IMG/VR virus record: IMGVR_UViG_3300017987_000006
Location: 1-64,000 of that record
Strand: one strand, 5' to 3'
Length of the DNA stretch: 64,000 nt
Origin: a virus
Positions 17,155 through 25,975 of the stretch are shown here, in pieces. Position 1 is the stretch's first letter. The number at the start of each line of letters is the position of its first letter. A program made the position numbers and the translations under genes. The notes below the pieces were generated by a model, which searched no databases, was not told the origin of the DNA, and was given only the letters and a program-made list of their open reading frames with translations.

Positions 17155-18044
17155 GTAAGATCTGTTACATCGAAAAGACGTTTCGGGCTGATAGCTTGGC
17201 GGTGATTGAGCAGGCCAACACGATCATCGGAGAGTACCAGTCCCAGAATTTGGACATGAGCCTTCGTCAGCTTTATTACCAGTTCGTGGCGCGCGGATTG
17301 ATCGAGAACACGCAGAAGTCGTATAAGCGCCTCGGTTCGATCATTAACGATGCGAGGATGGCGGGGATGGTAGATTGGTGGGCTATGGAGGATAGAACCA
17401 GAAACCTCATGGGGACGATTCATCAAACATCTCCGGCAAAGGCGATCAAGGACATCGTGGAAGGTTACGCGATCGATAAGTGGGGGGATCAAGAGTACAG
17501 GATCGAGGCGTGGTGTGAGAAGGAGGCACTGATTGGAGTGTTCGCCGGAATCTGCAACGATCTCGATCTGGACTATTTCGCGTGTAGGGGATTCGTGAGC
17601 CAGAGCGAGATGTGGCGGGCCGCAATGCGGATGAGGGGATACGAGCGCAACGGACAAAAGCCGGTCGTGCTGCACTTTGGGGATCACGATCCAAGCGGGA
17701 TAGATATGACACGGGACATCAAGGACAGGTTCAAGACTTTTGGTGCCAGTGTGGAAGTTCGGCGGATAGCCCTCAACATGGATCAGGTGGAGGAGCACAA
17801 CCCACCACCAAATCCGGCCAAGACCTCGGACAGCAGGTTCAGCTCCTATGTAGCCGCGTACGGCGAGGAAAGCTGGGAGCTGGATGCGCTCGATCCGATC
17901 TTGTTGAGAAATCTGGTCCAGGATCGTGTCTTCGAGTATCGGGATGTAGATCTGTGGGACGCGGCTGTCCGGGAGGAAGAAGATCAGCGGAGGCAGCTTG
18001 AGGAAGTGTCAAACAGGTGGGAAGAGATCTTGGGGACGTTGTGA
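17151..18044 (+). CDS. Topoisomerase VI-A/Spo11-like wHTH + Toprim protein
   Basis: SLRQLYY (catalytic Tyr region), EAWCEKEAL, HFGDHDPSG (Toprim DxD), WELDAL. Confidence 0.8.
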   Translation: MSKICYIEKTFRADSLAVIEQANTIIGEYQSQNLDMSLRQLYYQFVARGLIENTQKSYKRLGSIINDARMAGMVDWWAMEDRTRNLMGTIHQTSPAKAIKDIVEGYAIDKWGDQEYRIEAWCEKEALIGVFAGICNDLDLDYFACRGFVSQSEMWRAAMRMRGYERNGQKPVVLHFGDHDPSGIDMTRDIKDRFKTFGASVEVRRIALNMDQVEEHNPPPNPAKTSDSRFSSYVAAYGEESWELDALDPILLRNLVQDRVFEYRDVDLWDAAVREEEDQRRQLEEVSNRWEEILGTL

Positions 18045-18167
18045 TGGACGGGTGGCAGATACTGTTGATTGGATGTTTGTGATCTTGCAACTTGGTTTGG
18101 CGAGTAGATCAAGTAATACGTGTATTTCTCATTGATCGGTTTGATCCGATCTAAAGGAGGTAACCAA

Positions 18168-18374
18168 ATGGAATACGATCTTCACATAACGATCAAGGGT
18201 GTACCCAAGTCCGGCAAGAGCCGTGCGGGTGTTTTGATTGAGGCGGCCTTACGCAATCAAGGCGCAAGCGTGGTCAACGATGATCCTGATGCTCCGCCCG
18301 AGTTCCGGAATCTGAGCATGGAGAACATTCGGACCAAGATCACCTACGAACAGTTGAGGCGCAACGATGGCTAG
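18168..18374 (+). CDS. Small hypothetical protein with P-loop-like GVPKSGKS
   Basis: AAAGGAGGT SD; only 68 aa. Confidence 0.55.
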   Translation: MEYDLHITIKGVPKSGKSRAGVLIEAALRNQGASVVNDDPDAPPEFRNLSMENIRTKITYEQLRRNDG

Positions 18375-18633
18375 GCGCGTGCGGGAAACGAGCAAGAAGG
18401 CGTTTTTGGAAGAGTTGAATTCGGGAAGGATCCCAAGGAAGCAGCAGGACGTTTACGAGTATCTTTGGGACTTCGGTCCATTGACTGGGGCGGAATGTGA
18501 TACGTACATGCCATACCCGAGCGCACATAAACGTCTGCCCGAACTTCGTAGAAGCGGGAGAATCGTGGAGCTGCCAGAGAAGCGAATATGTCGTATCACA
18601 GGCAAGGAAGTGATCCAGTGGGACGTGAAGTAG
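18367..18633 (+). CDS. Winged-helix DNA-binding protein
   Basis: GPLTGAEC...SAHKRLPELRRSGRIVE...RICRITGK. Confidence 0.65.
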   Translation: MARRVRETSKKAFLEELNSGRIPRKQQDVYEYLWDFGPLTGAECDTYMPYPSAHKRLPELRRSGRIVELPEKRICRITGKEVIQWDVK

Positions 18634-18899
18634 TGGACCCTGCTGAGCTGAAGATCGAACAGATCTACATCGTGGCAGGGCGGGGTCCGATGAAGCTGAT
18701 TGAGATCTCTGAGAAGATGGGAGGCTCGTTCAAGATGCAGACACCCGGCGGGAGGACTTATTGGGCGAGCGCCGAGCAGATCTATCGGGAGGCGGACAGG
18801 AACTATCTGGAGACGCACGCAGACCAGTTGCAGGCGGCGTTTTCGGGCAAAGTGCACGAGTCGGTGAGGACCATCAAGCGCTGGGCGGAATCGGCGTGA
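18633..18899 (+). CDS. Hypothetical protein
   Basis: TAGTG coupling. Confidence 0.55.
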   Translation: MDPAELKIEQIYIVAGRGPMKLIEISEKMGGSFKMQTPGGRTYWASAEQIYREADRNYLETHADQLQAAFSGKVHESVRTIKRWAESA

Positions 18900-19201
18900 G
18901 CTTCAGCGAGCGACAACTCAACATCTTGAAGCTGCTGTTGGAGTGCAACTCGGCCAACTCGCAGATGATCAAATCGCACCTGAAGCTGGCTGCGACACGC
19001 GAGGTACTTCCCAGCATCGATAAGCTGGTGAAGGACGGGTACGTGATTAGGTCCAAGGAGCCGATGATGGTGCAGCAGTTCGATCGGATGCGGGAGATCA
19101 AGATGAACGTGTACCGCATCACCATTGATGGTGTGAAGGCATTCACGGAGGAGGCTATGAGGCGGGGCTTGGATGGATACGTGGGAGAGGAGCAACAATG
19201 A
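18896..19201 (+). CDS. Winged-helix DNA-binding protein
   Basis: ERQLNILKLL...IDKLVKDGYV...YRITIDG. Confidence 0.6.
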   Translation: MSFSERQLNILKLLLECNSANSQMIKSHLKLAATREVLPSIDKLVKDGYVIRSKEPMMVQQFDRMREIKMNVYRITIDGVKAFTEEAMRRGLDGYVGEEQQ

Positions 19202-19237
19202 CGTTGATTGGTATGCACGTCGAACGGAGGACGCTCG

Positions 19238-19672
19238 ATGGTTAGACACAAGGACGATCAAAAGAACTTATCTCAAGGAGATCAGAAATTGAAAGAGAAG
19301 TGCACCGGCCTGACAGCACGCTGGTGTCCGATCCACGGCGACTGCACGTGCCCCGAACGCCCAGATGGTGATTGGGACGGGAGCGATGATTGCCCGCTAC
19401 ATGGGCTGGATAGCGATCATGGGGAGAAGATCGAGTGTCCGTGGCCACATCACGTCACATCTCCGATCTGCGTGTACGACATGGACTCGTACCAGAAGTA
19501 CAGGGACGGGACGTACAAGGTCCCTGAGCGGTGTATCTGCGGTGAGAAGCTGACGTACGAGAAGCCCGTATGCGTGTGTTTGGTAGAGCGGGGTCAGATG
19601 ACGGGCGACATGTTGATGACGGTAGAGTGCCCCGTGAAGTTCATCAACTGGACGAAGGAGAATGAAGGATGA
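19238..19672 (+). CDS. Cys-rich hypothetical protein
   Basis: GGAGG SD; WCPIHGDCTCP...CPLHG. Confidence 0.6.
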   Translation: MVRHKDDQKNLSQGDQKLKEKCTGLTARWCPIHGDCTCPERPDGDWDGSDDCPLHGLDSDHGEKIECPWPHHVTSPICVYDMDSYQKYRDGTYKVPERCICGEKLTYEKPVCVCLVERGQMTGDMLMTVECPVKFINWTKENEG

Positions 19673-20244
19673 AGATCGTAGTGCTGGATGTGAGGGCTAC
19701 GCATACCAACAACCCAGACTGTCCCATGCGGCTGGCTCCTTTGCCGGACGGCCAGGGATGGATATGCGTGGACTGCGGCTTTGAGATCTTGCAGCGGAGC
19801 ATTGAGGTATCGGAGGGTAGGAACTTGATCCGTGAGATGCTGGCCCAGCCGGACAACCACACGCATGGCCTGGAGAAGACGGAAGAGGAGCTGAAGACCT
19901 ACGACATTCCAGAGCGGCTGCTGCGGAAGATCGGCGCAGCAGCGGACCTCTCGATGGGCGCGTTCGTGCAGCCAGACCTCTGCAAGTTGTGTAACGAGCA
20001 GGCAGCCAGTGATGAAGATCAACTGGGCGCTGTGAAGCTCATGGAGGAGCGTCCCTGGTGGGAGAGCAAGGACGTGGTGGGAGAGCTGAAGAGGCGTGGC
20101 TGGTTCATCAGCTGTGAGGGATGGGGGATGTCGAAGCAGCGTGGAGCAGCCATCTGGCACATCTCCGCCAAGGACATCATTGAGTGCTACGAGGTGCCCC
20201 AGAAGGGGGCCGATCGGCTGGAGAAGGAAGCGGGGTTGAGATGA
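19669..20244 (+). CDS. Zinc-binding hypothetical protein
   Basis: CP...CVDC and CKLC; ATGA overlaps. Confidence 0.65.
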   Translation: MKIVVLDVRATHTNNPDCPMRLAPLPDGQGWICVDCGFEILQRSIEVSEGRNLIREMLAQPDNHTHGLEKTEEELKTYDIPERLLRKIGAAADLSMGAFVQPDLCKLCNEQAASDEDQLGAVKLMEERPWWESKDVVGELKRRGWFISCEGWGMSKQRGAAIWHISAKDIIECYEVPQKGADRLEKEAGLR

Positions 20245-20474
20245 CCAAGGTAGTTGCATCGTTCGATACGGCCTCGGGCGAGCTGGAGCTGTTCATCAGC
20301 TCGCAGAAGGCCCCGAAGCACGGCTGGATGACCAGAGAGACTGTTCCAAAGCTCACCTGGAAGCTGAACGGGATACAGATCACTGAGCGGGACGCAGCAT
20401 ACCTCTTGTTGATGCGTGCGGAGGGGACGGATGGGGGCGGGGGCCAGAAGATGGCCAAGGAGCTATTGAGATGA
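20241..20474 (+). CDS. Hypothetical protein
   Basis: ATGA overlaps. Confidence 0.55.
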   Translation: MTKVVASFDTASGELELFISSQKAPKHGWMTRETVPKLTWKLNGIQITERDAAYLLLMRAEGTDGGGGQKMAKELLR

Positions 20475-20695
20475 TCGTCAAGGGACCAACAAAGGACCTC
20501 ACGCACGCCAATGTGATCCTCCATGAGGCGCGGGTCTATAGCTGCAGCACCAGCAAGAGTAGAGACGGGTCGTGGGCCAGGCTGGTGTTGCGCAGGGGCG
20601 ACGGGAAGCTGATCTCCATCCAGATGGACCCAGAGGAGCTGGCTGGTCTGTCCCTGGAGCTGCAGGACATGGAACACGAACTGATGAGGGGCTGA
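20471..20695 (+). CDS. Hypothetical protein
   Basis: AAGGAG SD; ATGA overlap. Confidence 0.6.
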   Translation: MIVKGPTKDLTHANVILHEARVYSCSTSKSRDGSWARLVLRRGDGKLISIQMDPEELAGLSLELQDMEHELMRG

Positions 20696-20697
20696 TC

Positions 20698-20997
20698 GTG
20701 GCGCACGGCAATCTCAGGGTCTACTTCGCGCGCTTGTTTACCCGTGACTGCGGGCAGCGGACGTTTCGCAAGATCAAGGCGCGGAGTAAGCCCAGGGCCG
20801 AGCATCTGGCCAGGCAGTATTCCAACGATCATGGCTACAAGTTCGATCGGATATTCACGAGAAAGGGCTTCAAGGAGGAGTGGCCGGCTGGCCATGCGGA
20901 GATGTGGTGGGAGGAACCGCTCAGGTCATTGATCGACAAGGGCCAGGAGCTGGACTCACTGGAGCAGCTGAAAGAAGACGAGGCGTTCTTCGATTAA
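20698..20997 (+). CDS. Hypothetical protein
   Basis: GAGGGG SD before GTG. Confidence 0.55.
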   Translation: MAHGNLRVYFARLFTRDCGQRTFRKIKARSKPRAEHLARQYSNDHGYKFDRIFTRKGFKEEWPAGHAEMWWEEPLRSLIDKGQELDSLEQLKEDEAFFD

Positions 20998-21054
20998 GAG
21001 GACGCAAAGAGATTTGAAGAGTTCTATGAAACCAACAAGTAGAAAGGAGAGTAG

Positions 21055-21522
21055 GTGAAGACGATCAACTACAGCGAGCTGACTCCTGAGCTGATTGAGT
21101 CCCTGGACATCACCGTTTGGGGAGAGGAGGACACGGAGAGGCTGCACTGTTCGGAGATCGACGAAGCGATCGAATACGCTCTGGATTGGATGCGCCCCAC
21201 ACCATTTGCGGAGGTCGATTCGATCACAGTGGTGGGCTACAAGCGTCAGGAGCTTGGAGAGAACGAGCCTGATCCAGAAGACCTGCTCGATCAGATCTTG
21301 GATGGGCTGGATGACGAGTACGGAGATCCTGACGGAAGCCCCGGCGGCCTGGACGGTCCCACCGATGCCATGATGGCGGCGGCGAAGGAGCTGTGTGATG
21401 TGGTGCGGAAAGACTACACCCCGTGGACGTGTGAGGGGGTCCTCAGGGTCGAGCTGGATGGCGGGGCTGTGATGAGCTGGGTCAAGGAGAACCGCCCGTA
21501 CTGGCTGGAGGATCGGAAGTGA
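21055..21522 (+). CDS. Acidic hypothetical protein
   Basis: AAAGGAG SD. Confidence 0.7.
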   Translation: MKTINYSELTPELIESLDITVWGEEDTERLHCSEIDEAIEYALDWMRPTPFAEVDSITVVGYKRQELGENEPDPEDLLDQILDGLDDEYGDPDGSPGGLDGPTDAMMAAAKELCDVVRKDYTPWTCEGVLRVELDGGAVMSWVKENRPYWLEDRK

Positions 21523-21848
21523 GCGTGGAGGATAGAATTTGGGCAGCCAGTGGCATACCGTACAGGGAGACCTCTGTGCGCTCCTGGGCGAGCGATAGCA
21601 AGATGAGCAAGTCCAGAGCCAAGGTGACCGAGGTGCAGTTGAGCTTCCTCAGCTCCCAGCAGAGCGTGGACGACGAGTGGCACTTCGCTCCCTATCTCAG
21701 GCTCTACGACCCCAGGACCGACAAGCACTTGCAGGTGCGGTTGACGGAGGAGAATGCCGCAGAGCTGTGGATGCACCTGGAGGGCTTGCGGACAGCTGAG
21801 AAGACGAGGCTGCCTTTCAAGAACGCGCTGAATAGAGTGACGGAATGA
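21519..21848 (+). CDS. Hypothetical protein
   Basis: GTGA overlap. Confidence 0.6.
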   Translation: MSVEDRIWAASGIPYRETSVRSWASDSKMSKSRAKVTEVQLSFLSSQQSVDDEWHFAPYLRLYDPRTDKHLQVRLTEENAAELWMHLEGLRTAEKTRLPFKNALNRVTE

Positions 21849-22537
21849 TGTTCGATAGACAGATCAACTATGAAGCTGAAGCGATCAAGCTCCAGCATAT
21901 GTCCTGTTGGAACATGCTGAAGGCGCTTTGGCTCACGCTATCCCGGCCGGTGTTCGATCGTTTGTTCCCGCCCGAGATGTTGAAGATGGTGGAAAAGACA
22001 TTGAACGAGACAGACCCAAGCGATGGGAAGGTGCTGATGAAGTTGGTGGAAAAGCTGGCCGAGCCACACGCTGGTGAGAAGATCTTGATGCATCCACGGA
22101 CGTGGTCGGATTTCATCGTAGATCAACGACGGCTGGAAATCGCGGATGAGATGGTGGACGTTACAGAGAAGCAGGTAGCTGAGGTCAAGAAGGCCCTGGA
22201 TGCGGAAAACGCGGAGCAGGACCTGAAGTTGATCGCTTCAAATATGATCAATCCACAACGGATGGGCATCTCTGAAGAAGACTACGTGATGTTCGGGCCG
22301 GGGATGGGTCAAGGGCGTGCTGGGACAGAGAAGGAAGAACGCTGGACAACGATCATGCATGCGGATGGAACTGTGCGCGTATCTCTGCTTGATTACGACG
22401 AACAGGCCATGAAATTGGGCGTTATGTTGGCGACCAAGGTCTGCGCTCCAGAGGACGTGGAGGAGACGAAGGAAGAGATCAGAGGGATGGTGAGGAAGGC
22501 CAAGCACTTGGAGGGAGCCGATGAATATGACGTATGA
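21845..22537 (+). CDS. Hypothetical protein
   Basis: ATGA overlap; 230 aa coherent ORF. Confidence 0.65.
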   Translation: MMFDRQINYEAEAIKLQHMSCWNMLKALWLTLSRPVFDRLFPPEMLKMVEKTLNETDPSDGKVLMKLVEKLAEPHAGEKILMHPRTWSDFIVDQRRLEIADEMVDVTEKQVAEVKKALDAENAEQDLKLIASNMINPQRMGISEEDYVMFGPGMGQGRAGTEKEERWTTIMHADGTVRVSLLDYDEQAMKLGVMLATKVCAPEDVEETKEEIRGMVRKAKHLEGADEYDV

Positions 22538-22850
22538 GGTGGTGAAGGAGATCCACCTTGAGCGTAACAGGCAGATCAACGAGAAGGGCTGGACCACCAA
22601 GCACGACGATCAGCACGTCACTGGAGAACTGGCTGTAGCGGCCTCGGTCTATGCGGCGCAGGAGCAGATCTTTGTCAAGCGAAGCTCGTTGAATGGGGTT
22701 TCCTTCAACGATCCATGGCCGTGGCATGAGCAGGGGCGCTCGGAGTACGTGAAGAAGGATAAGTCTCGTCGGAGGCAACTTGTCATTGCCGCTGCTCTGC
22801 TCGTAGCAGAGATCGAGCGGTTGGACAGGAGGGAGGAACGACGTGGGTAA
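22521..22850 (+). CDS. Conserved phage protein (ERxRQ..GW...HDD.H..GEL...WPW...RRQLVxAAALLVAEIERLDR family)
   Basis: Motif string matches a widespread phage/prophage family of unknown function, from memory. Confidence 0.75.
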   Translation: MNMTYEVVKEIHLERNRQINEKGWTTKHDDQHVTGELAVAASVYAAQEQIFVKRSSLNGVSFNDPWPWHEQGRSEYVKKDKSRRRQLVIAAALLVAEIERLDRREERRG

Positions 22851-23778
22851 TACCGCACATCTGATCGGCTGGGTCCGCCAGCACTACGACAGGTTGGAGA
22901 TCCAAGCGGTGGACGTCTACAGCGCGTTTCCCGTTGCCCAGGACTGCGCGGCGATGCAGGTGGAGTTGTTACGGCTCCCGGGCAGCGACTACGAAAACGC
23001 AGTCTTGCACGTCAAGGCGTTCGTGGAGCGCAGGGTCGCAGAGGGGGATGGCATCTGGTGCCTGATCTTGGAGAAGTGGAAGAATGCGGCCTCGAGCCGT
23101 TGGCTGTGGGCGGAGACGAAGGACGAGATCGCCCAGAAGAAGGTCAACAAGCTGGTGAGGCTGATCGACAAGGAGCTGGAGGGCGTGGAGGGGTTCGAGA
23201 AGGTCGGTGAGGCCGTCGGCGAGCTGCTCAAGTCTGCTCTGCGTGGTGACTTCGACCGCACCGACAGCAAGATCTTGAAGTCCGGTTCGACGTGCTTGTT
23301 CAGCGAGCCGGAGTTCGTGGGCAGTTTTCGTTCTAGTCCGAAGGACGTAGAGGTTTTGGAAGCTGACCCGAAGATAGAGGAGGTGGGCTGGACCATTCAT
23401 GAGATTCCTGGCTATCCGATCAAGCGGCTGACAGATGCTGTCCGGAAGCAGCTCAAGATCTTGGGCGAGTCGGACCAAGATCAGGAGGATATCGATAAGG
23501 CGAAGAAAGAGTACCTGAGCGCTCTGGAACCGATCACGGGCGATATTGATCAAGGCATGGAGGTTCTCTGCGTGACTTTCTTCGGCTGGGCCACCGGCAA
23601 AGTGACCTGCTACCACAGTGCCGCGTACGTGGACACGGGTGGCAGCCTGTGGAATCTCGAGCGCGGTGTGGTCTTCGAGGGCCAGGATCCGTGCTGGTAC
23701 ACCACCGGCGGATTCAACAAGAAGATCCTCGATCAGTTTGATCGCTTCGACACGAAGGAGAACAAGGATGCCGGCTAA
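22843..23778 (+). CDS. Hypothetical protein
   Basis: GGAGG SD; 311 aa. Confidence 0.65.
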   Translation: MGNTAHLIGWVRQHYDRLEIQAVDVYSAFPVAQDCAAMQVELLRLPGSDYENAVLHVKAFVERRVAEGDGIWCLILEKWKNAASSRWLWAETKDEIAQKKVNKLVRLIDKELEGVEGFEKVGEAVGELLKSALRGDFDRTDSKILKSGSTCLFSEPEFVGSFRSSPKDVEVLEADPKIEEVGWTIHEIPGYPIKRLTDAVRKQLKILGESDQDQEDIDKAKKEYLSALEPITGDIDQGMEVLCVTFFGWATGKVTCYHSAAYVDTGGSLWNLERGVVFEGQDPCWYTTGGFNKKILDQFDRFDTKENKDAG

Positions 23779-24037
23779 CGTCATCACGATCAACGGGAGC
23801 AAGACCCTGGAGTGGGTCGTCCCGGACAGCAAGATGGACGTCCTCCTGGCCCTGCTGGATGGGATCGGCGAGGCCAGGACGGACGAGGCAAGGGAGGCAG
23901 CACAGAAGGCACGGGAGAACCTGGGGACGAAGGTCTCGATGAAGCTCTTCGAGGGTATCACGGCCAAGGGCATCGGTGGACGTTCGTGGCGTGTCGCCGG
24001 CCTGGGCGCGGATGTGACAGAGGGAGGCACTCGGTGA
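23768..24037 (+). CDS. Hypothetical protein
   Basis: AAGGAG SD. Confidence 0.55.
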   Translation: MPANVITINGSKTLEWVVPDSKMDVLLALLDGIGEARTDEAREAAQKARENLGTKVSMKLFEGITAKGIGGRSWRVAGLGADVTEGGTR

Positions 24038-24228
24038 CTAAGGTGACTTGCAGAGCTTGCGGTGGCAAAGGATTAGACCCCACCCAGGTGCCTGGAGGGC
24101 TGACGAGGTGCTGCCCGAGGTGTGGCGGGGCTGGTAGTTTCTCCGGAGCGGAGAAGATCAGGGAAGCAGTGGATCAAGAGATGGTGGAAGAACTAAAGGA
24201 GGAAGAGGACGAAGATGGATCGGAGTAG
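24034..24228 (+). CDS. Small DnaJ-type zinc-finger protein
   Basis: CRACGGKG...CPRCGGAG (CxxCxGxG twice). Confidence 0.65.
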   Translation: MTKVTCRACGGKGLDPTQVPGGLTRCCPRCGGAGSFSGAEKIREAVDQEMVEELKEEEDEDGSE

Positions 24229-24406
24229 GTATGACATCTACCTGGATGGCGTGGTTGCCGGCGGGCTGTTTGTCTTGCTTGTGGCCTTGGCCCGGGAGCA
24301 CAGTGACGACTTGACGGCCGTCCTGGTGTACTTGGCCGCGGCCATGCTGCTCTGCGCCGGCGTGTGGTGGAAAGCGGAAATGTTGAAGAGAGCGGACGAT
24401 GCCTAG
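24215..24406 (+). CDS. Small membrane protein with two hydrophobic segments
   Basis: GVVAGGLFVLLVALA and LTAVLVYLAAAMLLCAGVWW. Confidence 0.6.
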   Translation: MDRSRYDIYLDGVVAGGLFVLLVALAREHSDDLTAVLVYLAAAMLLCAGVWWKAEMLKRADDA

Positions 24407-24692
24407 TAGAGGAGAGATCATCAGCAGTAACGGCCTTCCGGCTAGCGAGGATGAGCTGAAGGATGCTGGACGCTTTGCCTGGGTGGCCGAGAGGAACGGG
24501 CGGGTCTGGACCACGAAAGAGGCGTTCGAAAGGTGGGAGGCGTTGTCAGAGGACTACGACGCTGGTTGGATGGCGATGCCGAATGACGACAGGGGGCTGT
24601 GGGAGATGTGGCGCAGGTTTGAGACTCGCATGATGGGGCCGGACAAAGAGTACATGACCGGGAAGAAGGTGCGGAGATCTTCCACTCCATAG
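24399..24692 (+). CDS. Hypothetical protein (3' end possibly frameshifted)
   Basis: Coherent ORF; see finding at 24623-24775. Confidence 0.55.
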   Translation: MPSRGEIISSNGLPASEDELKDAGRFAWVAERNGRVWTTKEAFERWEALSEDYDAGWMAMPNDDRGLWEMWRRFETRMMGPDKEYMTGKKVRRSSTP

Positions 24693-24775
24693 CGGAGAAG
24701 GCGAACGAGGAGATCAAGGAATTCCTTCAGCGAGTAGCTGAAGCAGATTTCCTCGGGCGTGTCGGAGCACATGAC

Positions 24776-25171
24776 ATGCTCGAGGACCTACAGGAGGTAA
24801 ACGACGTGAAGCACTTGGGACAACACACCTACCCAGCTGAGGAGTTGGGTGCCCACAAGGCATCGCCGGAGGAGAGCAAGCGGATGGAGAAGGAGCGGGA
24901 GAAGGAGCGGAAGGAGTTGGAGAAAGAGGTCCGCGAGATGTGCCAGGGCAAGACGAGGGCGAAGCTCATCGATCACCTCGTCAATAACATTCACGCTTTT
25001 AAAGAGCTGGACAAAATAAAGCAGGCCTTGTGGGATGGTCGCAACAAGCTGCAGCTGAAGAACATCCAGCAGCAGAACGACCTGGCTGGCAAGGACAAGG
25101 AGATCAGTTTCTGGAAGAAGCAGGCGGAGCTCTACTTCGAGGCGCTGCAGCGCCTGCAGGAGCAGGCATGA
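24776..25171 (+). CDS. Coiled-coil hypothetical protein, paralog family A
   Basis: SPEE...KTRAKLIDHLV...FWKKQAELYFEAL; start may be upstream. Confidence 0.6.
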   Translation: MLEDLQEVNDVKHLGQHTYPAEELGAHKASPEESKRMEKEREKERKELEKEVREMCQGKTRAKLIDHLVNNIHAFKELDKIKQALWDGRNKLQLKNIQQQNDLAGKDKEISFWKKQAELYFEALQRLQEQA

Positions 25172-25584
25172 ACCAGCGAGTCTTCATGGATGGGGTCGAG
25201 CTGGAGGTTGGCGAGGACGTCATCCCTGGCTCGATCTTCGTCGAGAAGATCTCCCCGGAGGAGGCTGAGAAGATGAGGAAGGAGGTCAAGCGGCGAGCTG
25301 CGGGGGTTCGTGCGGAGGTCAAGGGTCTGACGAAGGCCCAGCTGATCGAGGAGTTGGTCGAGGCGAAAGAGGCGGCACACTGCCACGTCTACTCGCTGGT
25401 CAAGGTGGAGGCGCGTCGCAAGAAAGAGGTGGACGAGAAGATGAAGGAGGCCAGCAACTACAAGCGGCTTTGGGAGGAGGCACAGGAGCAATTCAGGCGG
25501 GAGCAGATACACTCGACGCACTACTTCAAGGCATTGACGGCGCTGCGGGTCTCGCTGGCCATGATGCGGGAGGACCATCTATGA
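25168..25584 (+). CDS. Coiled-coil hypothetical protein, paralog family A
   Basis: SPEE...LTKAQLIEELV...HYFKAL. Confidence 0.6.
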   Translation: MNQRVFMDGVELEVGEDVIPGSIFVEKISPEEAEKMRKEVKRRAAGVRAEVKGLTKAQLIEELVEAKEAAHCHVYSLVKVEARRKKEVDEKMKEASNYKRLWEEAQEQFRREQIHSTHYFKALTALRVSLAMMREDHL

Positions 25585-25805
25585 GAGTGAAGTTCGAGAT
25601 CAAAGAAGATTACAGCCGCCGGGTTGATGGCGGGGCGTGCTGGATATGGGTGATAGTCGAGCAGGACAAGCCGTGCGTCCTGGGCGAGTCCTACCGTCAT
25701 TGGGCCAGCGCGGAGCTGGCCAAGGATGACGCCATCAAGGTCCGCCAGGCTATTCGGTCACCGGGCCGAGATGTCCCGGTGGTCGTGCGGGAGGATCACA
25801 CATGA
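25581..25805 (+). CDS. YegP/DUF1508-like small protein
   Basis: KFEI...CWIWVIV...LGESYRHWASAELAK. Confidence 0.5.
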   Translation: MRVKFEIKEDYSRRVDGGACWIWVIVEQDKPCVLGESYRHWASAELAKDDAIKVRQAIRSPGRDVPVVVREDHT

Positions 25806-25975
25806 AGTTTGTGGTCTGGCATACCGGAACGGGTTGGCGGTGGCATCTTGCGCAGGGCAAACGTGTTTATGCGCGCAGCGTGACTTCCTTCAACAGCTCG
25901 GAGGAGGCGGAGAAAGAGGCGGAAAAGATATGTTTGGAGCTGGACATCGACACGAGGGTCGAGGTGGAGACATGA
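25802..25975 (+). CDS. YegP/DUF1508-like small protein (57 aa, absent from ORF track)
   Basis: Manual translation MKFVVWHTGTGWRWHLAQGKRVYARSVTSFNSSEEAEKEAEKICLELDIDTRVEVET; GGAGG SD; ATGA overlaps at both ends. Confidence 0.65.
   Translation: MKFVVWHTGTGWRWHLAQGKRVYARSVTSFNSSEEAEKEAEKICLELDIDTRVEVET

Noticed and set aside
18168-18374. Functional NTPase from GVPKSGKS
   Set aside because: 68 aa is too short for a P-loop domain and there is no clear Walker B; kept as hypothetical.
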